From contig JAZRWA010000022.1 in NCBI GenBank assembly GCA_045599485.1, positions 1 through 14,092 of the forward strand: DNA of 14,092 bases, read 5' to 3'. The DNA comes from Clostridia bacterium (GTDB lineage Bacteria > Bacillota > Clostridia > Christensenellales > Aristaeellaceae). This document shows positions 7,027 to 13,447 of the stretch, in pieces. Position 1 is the first letter of the stretch. Every line of letters starts with the position of its first letter. Below the pieces are notes generated by a model, which worked only from the letters and a program-made list of their open reading frames with translations, did not search any database and was not told the origin of the DNA. The translations under genes and the position numbers were made by a program.

Positions 7027-8298
7027 ATGGAACCAAGGATCAGAACAGCTTTGCTGAACGACTCTTTTCCGCCGCAGATCGACGGCGTGGCCAACGCGGT
7101 GATCAATTATGCCTCGCTGCTGCATGGCCGCGGGGATGATGTCATGGTGATCACGCCGGCCTATCCCGGTGTGGAGGATCATTATGATTATGAGGTGCTG
7201 CGCTATTCCAGTGTGGACACCACCAAGATCATCGGTTATCGTGCCGGTTACCCTTTTTCGGCTTCCGCTGTGCAGCGGGTGGTGGATTTTGCCCCTGATA
7301 TTCTGCACACGCATTGCCCCGTCTCTTCGCTGCTGATGGCCCGCGTGGTGCGGTAGAGGACCGGTGCGCCCATTGTGTTTACCTATCATACCAAGTTTGA
7401 TATCGATATCCGCACCGCCATCAAAAGCAAGGCACTGCAGGACAGCCTGATCCGCGCCATTCTGTGGAACATTGAGGGCGCCGATGAGGTATGGACGGTC
7501 AGCCGCGGCGCGGGAGAGAATCTGGAATCCATCGGCTATCAGGGCAAGTGGCGCGTGATGGACAACGGTGTTGATTTTGCCCGCGGTCACGCCTCGATGG
7601 AAAAACAGAACGAGATCAGCCGCCTGCATAACCTGACCGATCACGCACCGGTGTTTTTGTTTACCGGCCGTCTGCGCTGGTACAAGGGCATCCGCATCAT
7701 TCTTTAGGGTCTGGCCAAGGCCAAAGCCCGCGGCGCCAAGTTTCATATGCTGTTTGTGGGCGATGGCAGCGACCGCGGTGAGATCGAGGAGCTGGCGCAA
7801 AAGCTGGGGCTGACCGATCAATGCGTCTTTGTGGGCGCGGTGCAGGATCGTGAGCTGCTGCGGGCGTATTACAGCCGTGCCGATCTGTTCCTGTTCCCGT
7901 CTACCTTTGATACCAACGGCATCGTGGTGCGCGAGGCGGCCGCCTGCGGTCTGGGTGCCGTGCTGGTCAAGGGCAGCTGTGCCGCCGAGGGCATTACCGA
8001 TGGACAGAATGGCATCCTCATCGGTGAAAATGCCGACAGTCTGTGCGCGGCGGTGCTGTTTGCCTGCTCCCACCGCAATGAAGTGCGGCAGGTCGGCCTG
8101 CATGCGGAGAATGAGATCTATCTTTCCTGGGAGGATTCGGTGGCGCGGGCTCGTACCCGTTATGCCGAGCTGCTGGAGGAGCGCAAAGCAAACCCGCCGG
8201 AAAAGCGGCATGATGCCTTTCCTTTCCTGTCCGACATTGTGGAGGGCGCCGGCCGCCTGCAGCGGTGGCATCGCCTGCTGAACGCCAAGCTGAAGTGA
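7027..8298 (+). CDS. Family 4 (GT-B) glycosyltransferase, 423 codons if the two in-frame TAGs (7354..7356, 7705..7707) are decoded
   Basis: Track ORFs 6961..7356, 7375..7707 and 7747..8298 all share one frame. They read ...CPVSSLLMARVVR * RTGAPIVFTYHTKFDIDI... and ...GRLRWYKGIRIIL * GLAKAKARGAKFHMLFVGDGSD... The N-terminus is GT4-like (LNDSFPPQIDGVANAV). The C-terminal Glycos_transf_1-like domain has FPSTFDTNGIVVREAAACG. AAGGAGG at 7013-7019, ATG at 7027, TGA stop at 8296-8298. Confidence 0.85.
7354..7356 (+). other. In-frame TAG codon #1 inside the GT4 gene (candidate sense/recoded UAG)
   Basis: GTG GTG CGG TAG AGG ACC GGT GCG CCC ATT GTG TTT ACC TAT CAT = V V R * R T G A P I V F T Y H. No frame change. 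Confidence 0.8.
7705..7707 (+). other. In-frame TAG codon #2 inside the GT4 gene (candidate sense/recoded UAG)
   Basis: ATC ATT CTT TAG GGT CTG GCC AAG GCC AAA = I I L * G L A K A K. It lies in the 'KG(l/i)xxLlxAl' helix that opens the C-terminal Rossmann domain. Confidence 0.8.
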
Positions 8299-8328
8299 TT
8301 CCGCTTCAATAAACAATCATCAAAACAG

Positions 8329-8361
8329 GCACCTTTTGCGATCGGGCAAAGGTGCTTTTTG
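8329..8361 (+). terminator. Rho-independent terminator of the glycosyltransferase gene
   Basis: GCACCTTTTGC (8329-8339) pairs with GCAAAGGTGC (8346-8355) with one bulged T, followed by TTTTTG. Confidence 0.8.
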
Positions 8362-8381
8362 CTTGCGGCGGCATTTTTGCG

Positions 8382-8414
8382 CAAAACAAAAATCCTTGAG
8401 GAAATCTCAAGGAT
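8382..8414 (-). terminator. Rho-independent terminator of the tRNA-Ser pair
   Basis: Minus strand: ATCCTTGAG-ATTTC-CTCAAGGAT (9-bp stem, 8392-8414) followed by TTTTGTTTTG. It begins 4 nt after the tRNA 3' CCA. Confidence 0.8.
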
Positions 8415-8418
8415 CTTG

Positions 8419-8510
8419 TGGCGGAGAAGGAGAGATTTGAACTCTCGCTGCCGTTATCCAGCACTACTCCCTTAGCAGGGGAGCCCCTTCGGCCTCTTGG
8501 GTACTTCTCC
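8419..8510 (-). tRNA. tRNA-Ser (anticodon GCU), class II with long variable arm, CCA encoded
   Basis: Minus strand folded by hand: GGAGAAG-TA-CCC..GGG-G-CTCCC-CTGCTAA-GGGAG-(20-nt variable arm)-GAGAG-TTCAAAT-CTCTC-CTTCTCC-G-CCA. The anticodon loop CU-GCU-AA reads AGY. Confidence 0.9.
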
Positions 8511-8532
8511 ATCGGTCGGTAATCGGCAAAAC

Positions 8533-8621
8533 TGGCGGAGAGAGAGGGATTCGAACCCCCGGTGCCTTTCGACATCACCAGTTTTCAAGACTGGCGCCTT
8601 AAACCGCTCGGCCATCTCTCC
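8533..8621 (-). tRNA. tRNA-Ser (anticodon UGA), class II with long variable arm, CCA encoded
   Basis: Minus strand folded by hand: GGAGAGA-TG-GCC..GGC-G-CCAGT-CTTGAAA-ACTGG-(variable arm)-GGGGG-TTCGAAT-CCCTC-TCTCTCC-G-CCA. The anticodon loop CU-UGA-AA reads UCN. Confidence 0.9.
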
Positions 8622-8659
8622 GTACCGGCTCGATAGCCTGTCTGCCAATGTACTGATAA

Positions 8660-8688
8660 AGTATAGCAGTTTTTTTCCCTGTTGTCAA
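8660..8688 (-). promoter_or_regulatory. Sigma-70/SigA-type promoter for the tRNA-Ser pair
   Basis: Minus strand: TTGACA (complement 8683-8688), 17-nt spacer, TATACT (complement 8660-8665). It lies about 40 nt upstream of the tRNA 5' end at 8621. Confidence 0.6.
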
Positions 8689-8764
8689 TGCCCGTTCGCT
8701 AATTTCTTTTGAGGCGCGGGGGAAGGGAAAACGCGGCTTTTTTTTCGCAAAATGCCCATAATTA

Positions 8765-8794
8765 TTGACATAATACGGTGTTTTATCCTATAAT
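8765..8794 (+). promoter_or_regulatory. Sigma-70/SigA-type promoter for prfC-typA
   Basis: TTGACA (8765-8770), 18-nt spacer, TATAAT (8789-8794). A small hairpin TGTGGC-AAC-GCCACA (8802-8816) sits just before the RBS GGAAGGAGGG. Confidence 0.65.
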
Positions 8795-8831
8795 AACTGA
8801 TTGTGGCAACGCCACAGGAAGGAGGGCACTT

Positions 8832-10421
8832 ATGCTCGCAGAGGAAGTAGCCCGCAGAAGAACATTTGCTATTATCTCCCATCCCGACGCCGGCAAAACC
8901 ACATTGACCGAAAAACTGCTGCTGTACGGCGGCGCCATCCGCCAGGCCGGTTCCGTCAAGGCCCGCAAGGCAGAACGCCACGCGACCAGCGACTGGATGG
9001 AGATCGAAAAGCAGCGCGGCATCTCCGTTACCTCCAGTGCCATGCAGTTCTCCTTCAACGGTTTTGATATCAACATTCTCGATACCCCCGGCCATCAGGA
9101 CTTTTCCGAGGATACCTACCGCGTGCTGGTGGCAGCGGACAGCGCTGTGATGCTCATCGACGCCGCCAAGGGCGTGGAGGAGCAGACCATCAAGCTGTTC
9201 AAGGTGTGCCGTATGCGCGGCATTCCGATTTTTACCTTTGTCAACAAGATGGACCGTGCCGCCAAGGATCCCTTCGCCCTGATGGACGAACTGGAAAACG
9301 TGCTTGGCATCCACGCCTGCCCCATCAACTGGCCCATTGGCACCGACGGCGATTTTCAGGGCGTGTATCACCGTGATACCCGCATGATCGAATTGTATTC
9401 CGGCGGCGATCACGGCAAGAACAAGGCGCAGAAGACCGATGTTTCTCTGGACGATCCCGACCTGGGAACGCTGCTGGAAAAGCACTACATCAACCGCCTG
9501 AATGACGAGATCGAGCTGCTGGACGAGGCCGGCGACGATTTTGATCTGGAGGCCGTGCGCGAAGGCAGGCTGACCCCCATGTTCTTTGGCAGCGCCGTCA
9601 CCAACTTCGGTGTGGAGCCTTTCCTGGAGCGGTTCCTGTCCTACACCACGCCGCCCCTGCCCCGCGAGAGCAATGAGGGCTGGGTGCAGCCCGATGATGA
9701 ACGCTTCAGCGGCTTCATCTTCAAAATTCAGGCCAACATGAACCCCGCCCACCGTGACCGTCTGGCCTTCCTGCGCATCGTCAGCGGCCAGTTCACCAAA
9801 GGCATGACGGTGTGGCATTCCGGCACCGGCAAGGAGATCCAGGTCAAGCAGCCGCAGCAGTTTATGGCAGATGAGCGTGAAGGCATCGAAACGGCCTGGC
9901 CCGGCGATATCATCGGTCTGTTCGATCCCGGTATTTATCATCTGGGCGACACGCTGTGCGTGGGCCGCAAGATCCGCTTCCAGAAGATCCCCGTGTTTGC
10001 GCCCGAGCATTTTGCCCGTGTGCGTCCGCTGGATTCGATGAAGCGCAAGCAGTTTGTCAAGGGCATCATGCAGCTGAGCGAGGAAGGCGCCATCCAGACC
10101 TTCCGCCGCACCGAGACCGGCATTGAGGATTTCCTTGTCGGCGTGGTCGGTGTGCTGCAGTTTGATGTGCTGACCTACCGCCTCAAGAGTGAGTACGGTG
10201 TCGATCTGGTACTGGAGCAGTTGCCCTTCCGCTATGTGCGTTGGGTGACCGCCACCGAGATCCCCGTGCCCGACCTGAAGCTGACCAGCACCTCCGGCCG
10301 TGCTTTTGACGCCGAGGAGCGGGATGTACTGCTGTTTGAAAACGAGTGGAGCATCCGTCTGGCACAGGAAAACAACAAGGGCCTGGAGCTGGCCGAACTG
10401 GCTCCCCGCGAGATCTACTGA
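8832..10421 (+). CDS. prfC: Peptide chain release factor 3 (RF3), translational GTPase
   Basis: 529 aa starting MLAEEVARRRTFAIISHPDAGKTTLTEKLLLYGGAIRQAGSVKARK...DWMEIEKQRGISVTSS...DTPGHQDF..NKMDR. This is the characteristic RF3 N-terminus with G motifs, and the length is RF3-like. ATG 8832 lies 5 nt after GGAAGGAGGG. TGA stop at 10419-10421. Confidence 0.9.
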   Translation: MLAEEVARRRTFAIISHPDAGKTTLTEKLLLYGGAIRQAGSVKARKAERHATSDWMEIEKQRGISVTSSAMQFSFNGFDINILDTPGHQDFSEDTYRVLVAADSAVMLIDAAKGVEEQTIKLFKVCRMRGIPIFTFVNKMDRAAKDPFALMDELENVLGIHACPINWPIGTDGDFQGVYHRDTRMIELYSGGDHGKNKAQKTDVSLDDPDLGTLLEKHYINRLNDEIELLDEAGDDFDLEAVREGRLTPMFFGSAVTNFGVEPFLERFLSYTTPPLPRESNEGWVQPDDERFSGFIFKIQANMNPAHRDRLAFLRIVSGQFTKGMTVWHSGTGKEIQVKQPQQFMADEREGIETAWPGDIIGLFDPGIYHLGDTLCVGRKIRFQKIPVFAPEHFARVRPLDSMKRKQFVKGIMQLSEEGAIQTFRRTETGIEDFLVGVVGVLQFDVLTYRLKSEYGVDLVLEQLPFRYVRWVTATEIPVPDLKLTSTSGRAFDAEERDVLLFENEWSIRLAQENNKGLELAELAPREIY

Positions 10422-10439
10422 TAGAAAGTGTGAAACTGC

Positions 10440-12266
10440 ATGATTCGTTCTGATATCCGCAACATTGCGATTATCGCCCACGTTGACCACGGCAAGACCT
10501 CCCTGGTCAACGAAATGCTCAAGCAGGGCGGCGTTTTCCGTGCCAATCAGGAGGTGGCTGACCGCGTCATGGACTCCAACGATCTGGAGCGCGAGCGCGG
10601 CATCACCATTCTGTCCAAAAACACGGCGGTGCACTACGGCGATGTCAAGATCAACATCGTCGACACCCCCGGCCACGCCGACTTTGGCGGCGAGGTGGAG
10701 CGCGTGCTCAAAATGGTGGACGGCGTGCTGCTGCTGGTGGACAGCTTTGAAGGTCCCATGCCGCAGACCCGCTTCGTGCTGTCCAAGGCGCTGGCGCTGA
10801 ACCTGCCCGTGCTGATCTGCATCAACAAGATCGACCGTCCCGACGCCCGCTGCGGCGAGGTGGTGGACGAGATCCTCGATCTGCTGATCGACCTGAACGC
10901 CGATCCCGAAACGCTGGAGCGCCCCATCCTGTATGCTTCTGCCCGCAAGGGTACCTGTACGCTGGATCTGGAGCAGCCCGGCACCGACCTGCGTCCGCTG
11001 TTTGAAGCCATCCTCAAGTACATTCCCGCCCCCGAGGGCGAGATGGATGGCCCTGCGCAGGTGCTGATCTCCACCATTGACTACAGCGAATACGTGGGCC
11101 GTATCGGCATCGGCCGCATCAGCCGCGGCAGCCTGAGATCCGGTCAGATGGTGGTGCGCTGCAACTATCTGGATGACAAGGTGACGCCCCCGTGGCGCTT
11201 GACCGAGCTGAGCACCTTTGACGGCCTCAAGCGTATCCCGACCGATCAGATGGCCATGGGCGATATCGTGGCGCTGACGGGTCTGCAGGATATCAGCATC
11301 GGTGATACGGTGTGTCAGCCCGATACGGTGGAGCCCCTGCCCTTTGTGACCATCAGCGAGCCCACGGTGACCATGACCTTCTCGGTCAACGATTCGCCCT
11401 TTGCCGGCCGCGAAGGCCAGTTTGTGACGAGCCGTCACCTGCGTGCCCGTCTCTATCGTGAACTGCAGACCGATATGTCCCTGCGCGTCAAGGACGGCGA
11501 AACGCCCGATTGCTTTGAGGTGTGCGGACGCGGTGAGCTGCATCTGTCCATTCTGATCGAGACCATGCGCCGTCAGGGCTATGAGTTCCAGGTGTCCAAA
11601 CCCGAGGTCATCTACAAGGAGATCGACGGCGTATCCTGCGAGCCCATTGAGCGCATGGTGGCGGATGTGCCCTCCGCTTATGCCGGCGCCGTCATCGAAA
11701 AGATCGGCCGCCGCCGCGGCACGCTGGAAAGCATGGACGGCACCGACCGTGTGCGCCTGGAGTTCCTGGTGCCCAGCCGCGGACTGTTTGGCTACCGCAG
11801 TGAGTTTTTGACCGATACCCGCGGCGAAGGCGTGATGAGCTCGGTATTTGAAAAGTACGAGCCCTTCCGCGGCGACATTCCGCACCGCGCTGTGGGCGCC
11901 CTGATCGTGCACGAAACGGGCGAGACCACGACCTATGGTCTGTTCTACGCGCAGGAGCGCGGCACGCTGTTCATGGGCAATCAGGTGCCTGTGTACGCCG
12001 GTCAGATCTGCGGCGCAAGCAGCCGCCCCGGCGATATCCCCGTCAATGTTTGCCGCAAAAAGCATGTCAACAACATCCGCAACAGCTCTGCCGCCGAAGA
12101 CAGCATGCGCCTGGTCAGCGTGCATCCGCTGACGCTGGAGGAGTGCCTGGAGTTTATCGACAGCGATGAGCTGCTTGAGATCACGCCCAAGACCCTGCGC
12201 ATGCGCAAGCGTGTGCTGAGCCATGAGCAGCGCATGAAGAACGCTGCCCGCGGCATCAAGTGCTGA
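10440..12266 (+). CDS. typA: Translational GTPase TypA/BipA
   Basis: 608 aa. [24 protein letters not shown]..., [37 protein letters not shown], and a C-terminal BipA-type domain. TGA stop. Confidence 0.92.
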   Translation: MIRSDIRNIAIIAHVDHGKTSLVNEMLKQGGVFRANQEVADRVMDSNDLERERGITILSKNTAVHYGDVKINIVDTPGHADFGGEVERVLKMVDGVLLLVDSFEGPMPQTRFVLSKALALNLPVLICINKIDRPDARCGEVVDEILDLLIDLNADPETLERPILYASARKGTCTLDLEQPGTDLRPLFEAILKYIPAPEGEMDGPAQVLISTIDYSEYVGRIGIGRISRGSLRSGQMVVRCNYLDDKVTPPWRLTELSTFDGLKRIPTDQMAMGDIVALTGLQDISIGDTVCQPDTVEPLPFVTISEPTVTMTFSVNDSPFAGREGQFVTSRHLRARLYRELQTDMSLRVKDGETPDCFEVCGRGELHLSILIETMRRQGYEFQVSKPEVIYKEIDGVSCEPIERMVADVPSAYAGAVIEKIGRRRGTLESMDGTDRVRLEFLVPSRGLFGYRSEFLTDTRGEGVMSSVFEKYEPFRGDIPHRAVGALIVHETGETTTYGLFYAQERGTLFMGNQVPVYAGQICGASSRPGDIPVNVCRKKHVNNIRNSSAAEDSMRLVSVHPLTLEECLEFIDSDELLEITPKTLRMRKRVLSHEQRMKNAARGIKC

Positions 12267-12868
12267 CGCCGCTGCTTTCCGCCATAGGCATAGCAGTTTG
12301 CCTGCCGCTGTTTATGCGGCTGAAAAGAAAGGCAAACGTGCCGATGGCTGCGGTGCTGGCAGCCAAATGCGGCGGCACGGCGATGGCGGCGCTGATGGCC
12401 CTTCAGGGTGCGCTGCGGCTGAACACCGCGGGAGCATGGCTGATGTTTGCCGCCGCAGTGGTGTGCGTCGTTGCCGATGGGGTGCTGCATGTGCGCTTTT
12501 TTGCCGGCGGCATCCTGTTTGCCCTGGGGCATGTGCTGTACATGATCTCCTTCTGTTTGCGGGGATTGCCGGGCTGGCAGAGCGCTGTGATGTTTGCGCT
12601 GCTTGCCGCGTCCGCGATGGCGTTTATCCGCATACAGAACGAAAAGCCGCAGCCCTTCATTGTGCCCTACGCGCTGGTGCTGTGCCTGATGACCGCCATG
12701 TCCTTTTCAAGAGGTCCCCTGTGCTTTGCCGGGGCGCTGCTGTTTGCCTTTTCGGATGGCATGCTGCTGTGGCGCATGGAAGGGCATCACAGTGAAGCCT
12801 CCGACTGGGTCGCCATGGGCAGCTATTACGCCGCGCAGTATTTGCTGGCATTGTCGCTGCTACGGTGA
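12260..12868 (+). CDS. YhhN-family (lysoplasmalogenase-like, TMEM86-type) integral membrane protein
   Basis: About 202 aa, multi-pass hydrophobic, with YhhN-like motifs (ILFALGHVLYM, GALLFAFSDGMLLW). The GTG start at 12260 overlaps the typA TGA (GTGCTGA). An internal ATG start at about 12314 cannot be excluded. TGA stop. Confidence 0.65.
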   Translation: MLTPLLSAIGIAVCLPLFMRLKRKANVPMAAVLAAKCGGTAMAALMALQGALRLNTAGAWLMFAAAVVCVVADGVLHVRFFAGGILFALGHVLYMISFCLRGLPGWQSAVMFALLAASAMAFIRIQNEKPQPFIVPYALVLCLMTAMSFSRGPLCFAGALLFAFSDGMLLWRMEGHHSEASDWVAMGSYYAAQYLLALSLLR

Positions 12869-12886
12869 AAAAGGGGCAAAAAAGAC

Positions 12887-12916
12887 TTGTCAAGGAACCA
12901 CTTTGTGTGGTATAAT
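12887..12916 (+). promoter_or_regulatory. Sigma-70/SigA-type promoter (extended -10) for rplS
   Basis: TTGTCA (12887-12892), 18-nt spacer ending in TGG, TATAAT (12911-12916). It leaves a leader of about 95 nt before the rplS ATG. Confidence 0.55.
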
Positions 12917-13014
12917 TACCCTTGCGTAAACGGATGGTCCGCTTTCGGACAGCAACGGTCTGTACCTGACCGGTCCGGAATGAACATCTATGAGGGAAGG
13001 AGGAACTATTCAAA

Positions 13015-13365
13015 ATGAGCGAAATTATCAAGAGCATTGAAAATGCGCAGCTTCGTACCGATCGTCCCGCATTCAACGTTGGCGACACCGTGCGTGTGCA
13101 GGTCAAGGTTGTTGAAGGTACCCGCGAGCGTCTGCAGGCGTTCGAAGGTGTTGTGATTGCCAAGCGCAATGGCTCCTGCCGTGAGACCTTTACGGTCCGC
13201 CGCGTGAGCTACGGCATCGGCGTGGAACGTACGTTCCCGCTGCATAGCCCCCGTGTGGACAGCATTACTGTTGTCCGTAAGGGCAAGGTGCGCCGCGCCA
13301 AGCTGTATTATCTGCGTGGTCTGCAGGGCAAGGCTGCCAAGATCAAGGACATCACCCGCGAATAA
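13015..13365 (+). CDS. rplS: 50S ribosomal protein L19
   Basis: 116 aa: [111 protein letters not shown]. This is a canonical L19. GAAGGAGG RBS, TAA stop. Confidence 0.95.
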   Translation: MSEIIKSIENAQLRTDRPAFNVGDTVRVQVKVVEGTRERLQAFEGVVIAKRNGSCRETFTVRRVSYGIGVERTFPLHSPRVDSITVVRKGKVRRAKLYYLRGLQGKAAKIKDITRE

Positions 13366-13382
13366 TCAAAGGTCGTCCTTTC

Positions 13383-13417
13383 AGAGGAAGAGGAGCAATC
13401 CTTTTCCTCTTTTTTTC
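13383..13417 (+). terminator. Rho-independent terminator of rplS
   Basis: AGAGGAAGAGGA (13383-13394), GCAA loop, TCCTTTTCCTCT (13399-13410). 12-bp stem with one G-U pair, followed by TTTTTTC. Confidence 0.85.
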
Positions 13418-13447
13418 TCAGTGGAGTATCTTGAGGAGGTTCAGTTG

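Noticed and set aside
698-7707. Classical pyrrolysine usage
   Set aside because: Known bacterial Pyl use is concentrated in methylamine methyltransferase genes (mtmB/mtbB/mttB). None is present here, and the TAGs sit at non-catalytic, variable positions of unrelated genes. No pylTSBCD genes are in the window. Pyl-type decoding cannot be formally excluded without the whole genome, so it remains an alternative under the main finding.
698-7707. Systematic sequencing or basecalling error at a methylation motif creating the TAGs
   Set aside because: The five sites share no motif beyond TAG plus a purine (ATAGG, ATAGA, GTAGG, GTAGA, TTAGG, with different flanks). Errors would not be expected to produce only TAG and never indels. 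This still needs read-level confirmation.
536-8298. Interpreting the four TAG-interrupted genes as ordinary pseudogenes
   Set aside because: All five lesions are the same codon. There are no frameshifts, no TGA or TAA, and no decay downstream; conserved motifs remain intact. One gene has two TAGs and nothing else wrong. The genes keep good RBSs, promoters and terminators. This is not fully excluded without population or ortholog data, so they are annotated as CDS with a caveat rather than as pseudogenes.
2580-8316. Other long minus-strand ORFs (2580..4109, 4119..5810, 5687..6529, 6964..8316), and the ORFs at 455..1375(+), 834..1472(+), 1433..2116(-) and 1617..2525(-) that overlap or run antisense to the TrmH and PucR genes
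   Set aside because: All overlap or run antisense to genes with clear family motifs, signal peptides and RBSs. Their translations are Arg/Ala/Gly/His-rich with no recognisable domains. They are shadow ORFs.
8419-8621. The two tRNA genes as possible amber-suppressor tRNAs explaining the in-frame TAGs
   Set aside because: Hand folding gives ordinary class II tRNA-Ser with anticodons GCU and UGA, not CUA. No suppressor tRNA is visible in this window, so the decoder, if any, must be encoded elsewhere.
10419-10424. Tandem TGA-TAG at the end of prfC as a meaningful signal
   Set aside because: A single occurrence. TGA alone explains termination at the normal RF3 C-terminus, and the following TAG is in the intergenic spacer. 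It is mentioned only as context.
8685-12224. 1179-aa ORF on the minus strand spanning prfC and typA
   Set aside because: It is exactly antisense to two unmistakable, highly conserved translational GTPase genes. The translation is low-complexity (Ala/Gly/His/Gln/Leu/Asp-rich) with no recognisable motifs and no RBS or promoter. This is a typical stop-free shadow frame in a GC-rich genome.
12298-12795. 165-aa ORF in an alternative plus frame inside the YhhN gene
   Set aside because: The translation is Arg/Ala/Cys/Gly-rich with no motif or RBS. The overlapping frame has coherent transmembrane helices and YhhN motifs.
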